The notes below the pieces were generated by a model that was not told the origin of the DNA, ran no database searches, and saw only the letters and a program-made list of their open reading frames with translations. The translations under genes were made by a program, and so were the position numbers. From a virus (lineage: Duplodnaviria > Caudoviricetes), in IMG/VR virus record IMGVR_UViG_3300005937_000003, positions 17,131-81,130 of that record: a DNA stretch of 64,000 nt. One strand, given 5' to 3'. Positions 7,930 to 16,958 of this stretch are shown here, one piece after another (the stretch's first letter is position 1; each line of letters opens with the position of its first letter).

Positions 7930-10900
7930 CAGTGCATGATCACCACGATGTCCTCGACGCTCTTGCCTCGGATCTGCGAGATGCCGCGATCCTTCAGCTT
8001 CTTGATGATGCGCGTGCGCTCGGCGGCCGACCCCGCGTTGATCTGCTTGACGTATTCGAGCATCGGGAAGCCGTTCTTGACCACCAGTTCGTTCAGGTAG
8101 TTCGTCTCGGCCTGCTTCCACTGCTGGACGGTGGACAGGCGGTCGCGCTTGTTCGACGGGTCGGAGCGGCCGAAGTTGTCCGACTTGTACTGGATGTTGT
8201 CGGTGCGCAGCATCAGGTCGGTGTCGAAGATGAAGTGCGGCTTGCCCGCGTAGTCGGCGCGGAAGAAGTGGCTGGGGTTCTGGATGCGCAGGAACAGGTA
8301 GCTCGCGCCGCCCGTGCCCATGTCGGTCGCGGACGAGTCGCCATCGGCCTTGCGATACACCCCGTTGCGCACGCGCTCCTCGGTGTTCATGAGTTGCCCG
8401 TTGGTGCCCAGGATGATGTCGAGGAAGCCCTCGGCGCCGTGCTTGCTGCGGTGACTCAGGCCCCAGCCTGGCATGGCCTTGTCGATGTCGGCCTTGGTCA
8501 CGTCGAAGCGCGTGAAGAAGCCGTGGCCGCCCGCCTCGCTGGCGTGCAGGGCGCCCTCGGGGCGGTACATCGGGTCAAACTGCGGCTCAGGCTTGTAGCT
8601 CGGCAGCTTGGTCACGTCGCTGATGTTCAGCTTGGTGTTCCAGTAGGCGTGGTGGACGGCGATCTGGTCGCGTACGGGCATGCCTGGCGCGATCTTGTTG
8701 GTGACCTGGCTGCGGTAGGTCGGGTCGTCCTCCAGCTTGCTCGCGTGCGCCTGGTGGTGCAGGTACAGCAGTTCGATGTCGTCCCGCGTGGCCACGCCAT
8801 CGTCCAGGCCCAGTGCCTCGATCTTGTCGATGGCGGACTGCAGCATGGCGGGTGAGCCGTCGAAGTTCTCCACGAGGAACTCCAGGCGGCCCTGCTTCGA
8901 GTAGCGGTTGCCGCCCATGTTGTGGGGGATGTACTTGGCGGTGATGCCTGGCGCGATCTGGATGGTGTGCTCGCCCGCGCCCTCGTGGCCGTAGGTCGAG
9001 CCACGCGCCATCGTGCCGTCCCACACCAGGCGGTGCCCGACGGGCTTGACGTTCAGGCCGTACGGCTGCTCGGTCTTGGCCTGGAACTTGTTGGGCGGCG
9101 GCGGGGCGGGCGCGGCCGTCGCGCTCGGCGGCGGTGGCGGGATGTACTCCCCGAAGGTGGCCTGGTGGACGGCGGTCGAGGTGGTCCAGTAGTGGGTGAT
9201 CTGGGCGTTGATCTTGTCCAGCGGCTGGGTGGCAAGCTCGTGCACGCTCCAGCCCGAGATCGTTTCGAGGATGGCCGTGTAGTGCGCGGCCTTGCCCGCG
9301 TCGAGGTTGCCCGCCTCGATCTGCTTGGCCAGGTTGACAATCGGCATCATCTTGGGTGTCTCGATGATCTGGTTGTAATACTGGGTGCCTGGCTTCATGT
9401 GCGCCGCGACGTGCTTGATGCCCGGGATGAGGGCGTTCCAGAGCGGGTCGGCGGGCGCGTAGCTGGCGGCGGTGGACGAGGCGGCGTAGTTGCTGATGCC
9501 CTCCAGCTTGGCCAGTAGCTTGGGTTCGGCGTGCGCTCGCACCTTGCCGCGCAGCAGCAGCGCCTGGCCGTCGCCCGTCTTGTCCACCGTGTAGGCCAGC
9601 ATCGAGCCGTCCTCGATGTCGGTGCCCGCCACGCGGACGCTATGGCCAGCCCAGCCTGTACGGGCGACAGTGTCCACCAACGGCTGGGCGATGGGCGTGA
9701 ACTGGTTGGCGGTGACGGTCGCCGCAGGCGGCGCGGGTGGCGGCTTGAGCGCCTGCGTCGCGCTCGGCAGGGGCTTGCCCGCCTTGGTGTCGGCGTCGTC
9801 GTACAGCTTCTTGACGTCGGCGCGGATGTTGTGTTTGCGCTCGATAAGCTGGTCGTAGATAACCTCGGGCGTGGCCACGAAGCCCACGCGGGCGGCGTGC
9901 TCGGCGTACGGCCTGACGGCCTCCTTGAAGACGGCGTCGTCCAACGCCTCGATCTTGTCCACCAGGGCGTCCACGGCCTTGCGGTCGAGGTCGAATCTGC
10001 CCTGGATGTAGCCCTCGAACAGCGGCCTGTAGACCACCCCGTCGGGATTCGGCTCGTATGTCCAGTGCAGCTTGTCCTTGCCCAGGAACTTGAACGCCTG
10101 GCCCTTGTCGATGGCCAGCACGTTGCCCTGCGGGTCGAGCAGCAGCGCGCCGTTGTTGGAGTCGTGCTGGCTGATCAGCCAGTCGATGATCATGTGCTCC
10201 TGAATCTGGGCACGCTGCTGGGGCGTCAGGCTCGCCAGGGTGTTCATCTTGACCGTGCCCGAGATCTGGTGGAACTGCTGCAGCGAGCCGTCCTGGCCGC
10301 CGACGCGGGTCACGTGCATCTCGGGCGTGGCGTAGCCGAGTAGCTCCATGACGTTGTAGCCCGCCTTCTCGGCATTGGCCGCGTTGGGGTCGGGCTTGAA
10401 CATCCACGTGCTGCCGTCGGGCGCCTCGTAGATGGTCTTGGCGTGGCCGCCGCCCACGTTCTGCGGCTTGACCTTGAACTGGCCGACGTTCGGCACGGGC
10501 GGCGGTGGCTTGAGGCCAGTCGGCATCTGCGGCTGCTGCTGCGTCGGGGCTGGCTGAGTGGTGACCACGGGCACGCTCGGCGCCGCTGCGGGTGTGACGC
10601 CTGGCGGCGTGACCAGGGTGACCTTGCCTGGCGACTTGGTGAACTTGTTGGGCACGCCTGGGATGGGGCTGACGGGCTTCAGCGCGACCACGTTCTTGCC
10701 CGCGTTGTAGGAGGTGACGGTGGCCGTCACGAGCGTGCCCTGGTAGTCGGTGGTGACCACCGCGCCCTTGTCGGTGACCTTCAGCGTAGGGGCCGTGGGC
10801 GGTGGTGGCGGCTGCGCGGCGGGCGGCGCCACAGGTGGTGGTGGGGTGTAGGGCGTGGGCGCCTTGAAGTCGCTGAGCACGTGCAGCGGCACGCTGAATT

Positions 10901-13900
10901 GCGCCCCGTCGGGTAGCTCGATCTTCCAGCTTGTGGCGCTCGTCGGCTCGATCAGCTTGATCGTTTCGATGCCACTGTAGAGCGCCGTCCCGCCTGGCTC
11001 GGGACCAGCGCTGGGGGTCAGTGTGGCGTGGGCGGGCGGCGTCACGGCCATCGGCGCGCCAGGCGGCAGCAGTTCGCTCTTGTAGAAGTACAACTGGTTG
11101 CCCGCGTGCGACCCCGTCTTCATCTCGACGGTCATCTCGTCTTGCGCGCTCTTGCCGACAGGGTCGGTCAGCAGGACGGCCTCGTGGCCGTGCCACGACT
11201 TGCCTGGCATGTTGACCACCACCGTGTCGCCCACCTTGAGGTGGCTGATGCTGCCTGGCCGTGGCGCGGTTGGCCCTGGCACGTTGGTCTGCACGGGCGG
11301 GGTGGTGACGGTCGGCGCGGGCGCAGCACCTGGCGGCTGGATGGCGTCCACGTACTTGGGGTTCTTGGTGAAGGTGGCCTTCTTGGCGCCCGTGATCGGC
11401 ACGTCGGGCTTGATGGTCACCACCTGCTTGCCCGGGTTCCACGAGGTGACGGTGCCCGTGACCAGATTGCCCTGGTACATCGTGCTGACCTTGGTGCCCT
11501 TCTGGGTGACGTCGATGACCGTCCCAGGCGGCGGTTGCAGCGGTACGGGCGGTGGCGTGGGCGCATGGACCACGCTCGCGCCTGGTGCCTTGAGCGTGCT
11601 CAGCGGCCAGAAGTCGGTCGTGCCTGCGGCAGGCCCCGTCTGGTAGACCACCGTGAGCGGCGTGGTCGGTGAGGCGCCAGGCTTGGACTCTTTGATAATG
11701 ACCGTCTGGCCGTGCATCGGGTCGCCAGGCACGTCGAGCACGGCCGTCGTGCCTTGAATCGGCGTCACCTGCTGCGGCGCGGGGCCTGGGGCGGTCGTCA
11801 ACGCTAGCTCGGACAGCTTGAAGAAGCCCTCGTAGCCTGCCTCGGCGCCCGTCTTGAACATGACCTTGACGGTGGTGTCAGGTCCAGCACCTGGCTTGTC
11901 CTGCTCGATGGTGACCGTCTCGCCATCGAGCGGGTGGCCTGGCTTGGCGATCTGCGCGACGGTGCCCTTGACCGCTTGCGGCTGGCCTGGCGGCGCGGGC
12001 GCGGCCTTGGGCGGCGGCATGTAGCCCGCGTGCGTCGCGCCTGGCAGGCCGATCTCGTCCAGATAGGCGTGCACCTTGCTGCCATCGGCCAGCAGGATGT
12101 CCACGTAGGCGCTGCCCGTCTTGCCCAGGACGTCGGCCTGGAGCACGCCTGTAGCGCCCGCATCAGGCCCCTTGAGGATGACCACCTCCTCGCCTGCGGT
12201 GAGTTGGTGCAGCGGCGTCTGGGTGTGCTGCACGGTGCCTGGCGGCACGTCGAGATACTTCTTGGCGACGAAGTAGGCGTCGTTATCGTTCTGGGCGTCG
12301 GCCAGCGTCTTGTAGACGGGGATCTGGCTGTCGGGGTCGAGCGTCCAGGCGGGCGTCTCGCCCAGGTACACATCCTGGCCGTACAGCGGGAAGCTCGTGT
12401 CGGTGATCTGCACCTTGTCGCCAGGCGCCAGGTCGTCCAGCTTGGCGAGGCCACGTGTGCCTGCGCTGGCGGCGACCTGGGCGTTGGGGTCGATGAACAG
12501 GTTCTTGGCCAGCGCGTCATGCCCGCCGCTCGGCAACAGGATCGGCACAGGCTCATTCGGCCCGTAGTTGTTCGGGTCGTCGGCCAGGACGTACTTCTCG
12601 CCGTGCAGGATGCTGCCTGGCTTGTAGACCTGCACCTCGTCGCCAAACTTCAGGTGGTCGATGCCGCCCGGGGTGGGCACAGGTGGCCCGACGGGCTGCG
12701 GCGCGGCAGCCAGCGGCTTGATCTGGCCGACGTTGACCTCGGCCGTCGAGTAGTAGTGCAGGCTGCCGTCCGCGAGTTGGATCTGGTAGATGCCCATTGC
12801 CGAGATCTGGACCACCTTGCCCTGCTGGCCGTGCACGCTCGGGTACAGCGGCGTGTCGATCTGGACGTTGTCACCGATCTTGATCGGGGTGGTCGCGGGC
12901 GGCGGCACGTAGCTCGGCGTGGGCGGTGGTGCGGGCGGCGCAAGCGTGGGATTGGTGGCCGAGACGTCCCACTTCTGGTAGCTCGGCGCGAACGCGTGCG
13001 AGCCGTCCATCAACTGCACCGTCCAGTCGTCAATGATCTTGGCGACGGGCGCCCCGTGGTGCGGGTTGCCTGGCTTGTCGATGAACCCGATTGGCTGCGG
13101 CGTGGTCGGCGCAGGCGCAGGCGCGACCTGAGCGGGCGCCTTGAAGTTGGTCAGTTCGCTGGGTGGGAAGTCGAGCGTCATGCCGCTCGGGAACTTGACC
13201 TCGATCAGGCCGTTGGGCTTGACGGCCACGATCTCCAGGGTGTCGATGCCTGGCGTCTTGAGCACCAGTTCGGCCGTGCCACCGACCTGCGGCCCGACCA
13301 CGGGCACGCTCGTGGCGGTGGGCGTGATCACCTCCAGCTTGAACTGGCTGGTGGCGGGCAGGTCGAGCGCCAGCGCCTGGCCCTGAATGTTGACGCCGAT
13401 GGTGGCCGTGCCGTCGGGCGCGATCTTGGTGATGGTGCCCACCTGGCCATCGAGCACGGGCTGCTCGGGCGTGTGGAACTTGACGTTGATGCCCGCCACG
13501 AGCGTCCCGGGCGGGTGCGACGGCGGCGTGGCTTCGAGGTTCTGGGGCACGACGTTGTTCTCGCTGCCGTCTTCCCACTTGACGTGCACCGTGCTCGCGG
13601 TGGCGATGCCCATGACCGTGCCGACCTTGCCCTTGTGCTGGCCGACCTTGGCCCAGATGACCTGCCCGACGCCGATGCCGCCCAGGCTGGGCAGGGGCGC
13701 CGACTGTAGCTGGACGGCCTCGATGAACTCCTTCCACTGGCTGCCATCGGGGAACAGCACCTCGACGGCCAGGGCGCCCTGCATGGTGGTGTGCCCCGTC
13801 ACGGTGCCTTCCAGGCCCTTCTCGGGGCCATCGGTGACGGTGACCTTGTCGCCCACCTTGTAGACGGGCGGCGCCACAGCGTTGGCGCTCAGGTGCTCCA

Positions 13901-15794
13901 TCGCGATCAGCAGGTCGTCGGCCATGTTGCGCAGGTGCAGGCCCTTGGCGTGCTTCCAGGCGCCTGGCTTCATGATCTGCACGACCGACTCGGCCAGCAT
14001 CTCGTGCCAGTCGTCGGCGGCGTAGACGCTCGGCAGGCCCAGCCCGATGCCGTCGTTCAGGTCGTTGAAGACCTGCTCCCACTGGTTGGCCTGGCCGTGC
14101 GTCATCAGCCGCTCCAGGGTGTGCGCAAGCTCGTGCACGATCAGCCACTTCTCGGTGACCGTGCCCGTCTGGGGATCGGCGGCCACGTACATCGGCTGCC
14201 CGCCCGCGCCCGTCTGGCTGGCGTTCTGCTCGATGAACTTGAGCACCTGGGCGCGCTCGGCCAGGTTGATGCGGAAGTAGCTGCCGATGGCCTGGGCGTA
14301 CACCTGCTGGTTGGTCGAGAGGCCTGGCGCGAACTCCAGGCGGACCTCCTGGCCGAACTTGTAGTGGTGCCCCGTCTTGGGGTCCACGAAGGGCGTGCCG
14401 ATGGCGATGCCGACCTGCTCGTAGGCGTCGAGCGCCTCGCTCACGGCCTGCAGCGCGTCGGCGGTGCCCTGGTCGTGCGGCACCTGGGGATCGACGTCCA
14501 CGTTCACGCCGCGCTGCGCCAGGGCGTGCAGGTGCAGGTCGATCTGCTCCTGGGGCGTCGGGCCGATCTGGGTCAGCGGCGCCGCCACGGTGGGCGCGCC
14601 CGTGTAGGGCTGGATCTTGGACGGCGCCCGCCAGACCTTGATCGAAGCCATGCCCTGGCCAGGGTCGATGATCAGCGTCAGGACACCCTTGCTGGCGTGC
14701 TCGCCGTTGACGGTGGCGATGACCTGCTGACCCTTGACGTCGATCAGCACCTTCTGGCCCTTGGCGTAGCCGCCCATCAGCGGGCCTGTGCCGAAGGCCT
14801 GGATGGCGCCCTCGACGCTGGAGATCTCGATGTCGAGCAGCGGCTTCAGGTCGTTCTGGTAGTAGGCCTCCAGATGCGGCTGCGAGTGCGGGTCGGCCAG
14901 CCAGCTATCAAGCTCGGCCAGCACGTCGTCCAGCTTCTTGTGGACGGGGATGGCCGTGCAGAAGCAGTGCGGGTGCGGCTTGAGCGGTTCGGTGCCCTTG
15001 GGGAAGAAGCCGATGGCGGCGTAGTCGTCGCAGATGTCCTTCTCGTGGCCCAGGCCCTCCGCGATGTGCCAGCGGATGCCCAGGTAGCTCGGCGTGGCCG
15101 CGTGCGACGAGATGGTGCCCTCGTGGAAGGCGTTCTGCATCTCGGTCCTGGCCACGCGCATGGCGGGCATGCTGGTGTCCTTGGGCACGCGCAGGCGCTT
15201 GGCCGTGGCCTCCTTGTAGGGCACGTTGGTGCCTGGCTGCAGGTACTGCTCGATCTGGCGAGCGACCTGCACGGGCGGCTGGCCCGCGATGATGGCCGTC
15301 TGGACCACGCTCTGGGTCGCCTGGCGCCACTGCTGGTTGGACTTCCAGATGCGGTCGCTGAGCTTGATGCCGTCCTTGCCCGTGCGCGTGATGAAGGCGC
15401 CCGCCGCACGCTGGTTGATGCCCCTGACGTGGGCGTCGATGGCCTCGGGGCCGAAGACCGACCCGTAGGCGTCGGACACCTTGGCCTTGAGCACGCTGTC
15501 GGCCGAGTCATGGAAGCTGGCGTAGATGCCCGCGTGCATCGCGTCGATCACGCGCTGGTCGAGCGTGGTCGCGTAGTCACCGATGATGGTCTGCAGGTTG
15601 GACAGGTTCCAGGCGGTGCTGGGCGCCGTGGGCGGCGCGGCCGCGACCCGCGACCCCACGCTCGTGGCGGCCTGCTGGTAGGCGTTCTTGACCTGCGCCT
15701 GGGTCAGCCCCGACTTCTGCGCCCACGCCTCGCGGGCGTCCACCAGCGACTGGCGGTAGATCTGACTGTTACTCGGCTGGGGGTTGCTCGGCAT
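7929..15794 (-). CDS. Giant MuF (SPP1 gp7-like head morphogenesis) polyvalent protein: MuF, metallopeptidase, SH3/KOW-like array, kinase-like and ART-like domains
   Basis: RVARTEM...ICDD...PHPHCFC MuF motifs; HELAH at 14121-14135 with SVYAADDWHEMLAE; about 16 GDxV..G..G.V modules; WMFKP...DWLISQHD...IDKG kinase-like; C-terminal LSHRS...GGASYLFLR...NELVV. Confidence 0.85.
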   Translation of the reverse strand: MPSNPQPSNSQIYRQSLVDAREAWAQKSGLTQAQVKNAYQQAATSVGSRVAAAPPTAPSTAWNLSNLQTIIGDYATTLDQRVIDAMHAGIYASFHDSADSVLKAKVSDAYGSVFGPEAIDAHVRGINQRAAGAFITRTGKDGIKLSDRIWKSNQQWRQATQSVVQTAIIAGQPPVQVARQIEQYLQPGTNVPYKEATAKRLRVPKDTSMPAMRVARTEMQNAFHEGTISSHAATPSYLGIRWHIAEGLGHEKDICDDYAAIGFFPKGTEPLKPHPHCFCTAIPVHKKLDDVLAELDSWLADPHSQPHLEAYYQNDLKPLLDIEISSVEGAIQAFGTGPLMGGYAKGQKVLIDVKGQQVIATVNGEHASKGVLTLIIDPGQGMASIKVWRAPSKIQPYTGAPTVAAPLTQIGPTPQEQIDLHLHALAQRGVNVDVDPQVPHDQGTADALQAVSEALDAYEQVGIAIGTPFVDPKTGHHYKFGQEVRLEFAPGLSTNQQVYAQAIGSYFRINLAERAQVLKFIEQNASQTGAGGQPMYVAADPQTGTVTEKWLIVHELAHTLERLMTHGQANQWEQVFNDLNDGIGLGLPSVYAADDWHEMLAESVVQIMKPGAWKHAKGLHLRNMADDLLIAMEHLSANAVAPPVYKVGDKVTVTDGPEKGLEGTVTGHTTMQGALAVEVLFPDGSQWKEFIEAVQLQSAPLPSLGGIGVGQVIWAKVGQHKGKVGTVMGIATASTVHVKWEDGSENNVVPQNLEATPPSHPPGTLVAGINVKFHTPEQPVLDGQVGTITKIAPDGTATIGVNIQGQALALDLPATSQFKLEVITPTATSVPVVGPQVGGTAELVLKTPGIDTLEIVAVKPNGLIEVKFPSGMTLDFPPSELTNFKAPAQVAPAPAPTTPQPIGFIDKPGNPHHGAPVAKIIDDWTVQLMDGSHAFAPSYQKWDVSATNPTLAPPAPPPTPSYVPPPATTPIKIGDNVQIDTPLYPSVHGQQGKVVQISAMGIYQIQLADGSLHYYSTAEVNVGQIKPLAAAPQPVGPPVPTPGGIDHLKFGDEVQVYKPGSILHGEKYVLADDPNNYGPNEPVPILLPSGGHDALAKNLFIDPNAQVAASAGTRGLAKLDDLAPGDKVQITDTSFPLYGQDVYLGETPAWTLDPDSQIPVYKTLADAQNDNDAYFVAKKYLDVPPGTVQHTQTPLHQLTAGEEVVILKGPDAGATGVLQADVLGKTGSAYVDILLADGSKVHAYLDEIGLPGATHAGYMPPPKAAPAPPGQPQAVKGTVAQIAKPGHPLDGETVTIEQDKPGAGPDTTVKVMFKTGAEAGYEGFFKLSELALTTAPGPAPQQVTPIQGTTAVLDVPGDPMHGQTVIIKESKPGASPTTPLTVVYQTGPAAGTTDFWPLSTLKAPGASVVHAPTPPPVPLQPPPGTVIDVTQKGTKVSTMYQGNLVTGTVTSWNPGKQVVTIKPDVPITGAKKATFTKNPKYVDAIQPPGAAPAPTVTTPPVQTNVPGPTAPRPGSISHLKVGDTVVVNMPGKSWHGHEAVLLTDPVGKSAQDEMTVEMKTGSHAGNQLYFYKSELLPPGAPMAVTPPAHATLTPSAGPEPGGTALYSGIETIKLIEPTSATSWKIELPDGAQFSVPLHVLSDFKAPTPYTPPPPVAPPAAQPPPPPTAPTLKVTDKGAVVTTDYQGTLVTATVTSYNAGKNVVALKPVSPIPGVPNKFTKSPGKVTLVTPPGVTPAAAPSVPVVTTQPAPTQQQPQMPTGLKPPPPVPNVGQFKVKPQNVGGGHAKTIYEAPDGSTWMFKPDPNAANAEKAGYNVMELLGYATPEMHVTRVGGQDGSLQQFHQISGTVKMNTLASLTPQQRAQIQEHMIIDWLISQHDSNNGALLLDPQGNVLAIDKGQAFKFLGKDKLHWTYEPNPDGVVYRPLFEGYIQGRFDLDRKAVDALVDKIEALDDAVFKEAVRPYAEHAARVGFVATPEVIYDQLIERKHNIRADVKKLYDDADTKAGKPLPSATQALKPPPAPPAATVTANQFTPIAQPLVDTVARTGWAGHSVRVAGTDIEDGSMLAYTVDKTGDGQALLLRGKVRAHAEPKLLAKLEGISNYAASSTAASYAPADPLWNALIPGIKHVAAHMKPGTQYYNQIIETPKMMPIVNLAKQIEAGNLDAGKAAHYTAILETISGWSVHELATQPLDKINAQITHYWTTSTAVHQATFGEYIPPPPPSATAAPAPPPPNKFQAKTEQPYGLNVKPVGHRLVWDGTMARGSTYGHEGAGEHTIQIAPGITAKYIPHNMGGNRYSKQGRLEFLVENFDGSPAMLQSAIDKIEALGLDDGVATRDDIELLYLHHQAHASKLEDDPTYRSQVTNKIAPGMPVRDQIAVHHAYWNTKLNISDVTKLPSYKPEPQFDPMYRPEGALHASEAGGHGFFTRFDVTKADIDKAMPGWGLSHRSKHGAEGFLDIILGTNGQLMNTEERVRNGVYRKADGDSSATDMGTGGASYLFLRIQNPSHFFRADYAGKPHFIFDTDLMLRTDNIQYKSDNFGRSDPSNKRDRLSTVQQWKQAETNYLNELVVKNGFPMLEYVKQINAGSAAERTRIIKKLKDRGISQIRGKSVEDIVVIMH

Positions 15795-16491
15795 CGGGTG
15801 GATGCGTGCCCGACGTGAAGGTCTGGCTGTTGGGCAAGCCCGTCCAGTGCGCCACGGCGGTGCCTGCGGCCGTCGCGGGCACCAGCGCCTGGCGCTCGCG
15901 CTCGGCCTGAGCGCGCTGCTCGGCCTCGAACTGCTGACGCTCCTGGGCGGTCAGGTTGCTCTTGGCCGTGCGCACGTCGGCGGGCGCGCTGGTCCACGGC
16001 GGCATCGGTAGCTGGCTGGCGATGACGTTGGCCAGGTGGTCGGCGGTGATCTCGATCTGGCGCCTGAAGGCGCGGATGAACAGCGTGTGCGCCTGGTCGG
16101 CCAGGGCGCCCTTCAGGTCGTGCTCGACCATCTGCAGGTTGGCATCCAGCAGCACGTGCGATAGCTCGTGCGCCATGTGCAGGCGGGCGTCCTGGGGATC
16201 GGAGTCGAAGATCTCGTTGTCGAAGCGGAAGCTGGCGAAGACCCGCCCGTCGATGATGTTGACCTGGGCGTGGGCGTCCGTGTCTGGCCCTTCGTGCCAC
16301 AGCCGCAGCGTCCAATGCTGCAACAGCATCTGGTCGGCGCACGTGCGCAGCCAGGCGCCCAGCCACTCGCGCTGCTGGCCCGTGTAGTAGCTCTCGGCAT
16401 CGTTCAGCGGCCCCGTCGTGGCGCGGTTGTCGAGGTACTCGGTGGGCTTGGCCTGGCCAGGCCGCATCTCGTCGTAACACGTGATCGGCAC
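15769..16491 (-). CDS. HExxH metallopeptidase-like protein
   Basis: LHMAHELSHVLL motif; GTG start 6 nt after a TACACT -10 box. Confidence 0.65.
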   Translation of the reverse strand: MPITCYDEMRPGQAKPTEYLDNRATTGPLNDAESYYTGQQREWLGAWLRTCADQMLLQHWTLRLWHEGPDTDAHAQVNIIDGRVFASFRFDNEIFDSDPQDARLHMAHELSHVLLDANLQMVEHDLKGALADQAHTLFIRAFRRQIEITADHLANVIASQLPMPPWTSAPADVRTAKSNLTAQERQQFEAEQRAQAERERQALVPATAAGTAVAHWTGLPNSQTFTSGTHPPDAEQPPAE

Positions 16492-16691
16492 GCGTGCAGT
16501 GTATGCTCACCAGTGACGCCGCGCTGCCACCCACGGGGGACTCTGCTGCTGGACCACGTGGTGTGCTGACACCCACACGCTCGGTGGTCGGTGCGTCGCT
16601 TGCCCCGCATGGGGCGTCAGGACACGCGACCTGGCGCCCCGGGGCGTCAATCTCAGCGTAAGTTGATGATGACCCGTTATAGTCGGCGGCC

Positions 16692-16838
16692 ATGCCCCGC
16701 CAGGCCCAGGCGGTGGTCGAATACGGGTTGCTGATTGCGACCATCGCGTTGCTGGTGTTGTTGGGGGCCAACGCATTCGGCACTGCTCTTTCCGCGTGGT
16801 TCGATGCGCTACTGCTGCGCATCCTCGCGACGGTTTAG
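16692..16838 (+). CDS. Flp-family (type IVb/Tad) pilin-like protein, 48 aa
   Basis: MPRQAQAVVEYGLLIATIALLVLLGANAFGTALSAWFDALLLRILATV; EY at +5/+6 and a hydrophobic helix; TATAGT 8 nt upstream; not in the track. Confidence 0.8.
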   Translation: MPRQAQAVVEYGLLIATIALLVLLGANAFGTALSAWFDALLLRILATV

Positions 16839-16847
16839 CCGACATGC

Positions 16848-16874
16848 AAAAGCCTCACCCTTTTGGGGTGAGGC
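16848..16874 (-). terminator. Intrinsic terminator after tRNA-Cys; also closes the convergent pilin gene
   Basis: GCCTCACCC/GGGTGAGGC stem plus TTTT on the minus strand. Confidence 0.8.
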
Positions 16875-16879
16875 CGAGA

Positions 16880-16953
16880 TGGACGGCGCGACGGGAGTCG
16901 AACCCGTTTAGTCAGTTTTGCAGACTGATCCCTGGCCGTTCGGGCACGCGCTG
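16880..16953 (-). tRNA. tRNA-Cys (GCA), CCA encoded
   Basis: 74 nt; anticodon arm TCAGT-CTGCAAA-ACTGA; T arm ACGGG-TTCGACT-CCCGT; U73 discriminator and CCA; one acceptor mismatch (A2.C71). Confidence 0.92.
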
Positions 16954-16958
16954 AGGGT

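Noticed and set aside
16880-16953. tRNA-Cys as an attL/attR prophage boundary
   Set aside because: Phage genes continue on both sides, and I saw no duplicated 3' fragment or integrase in the window
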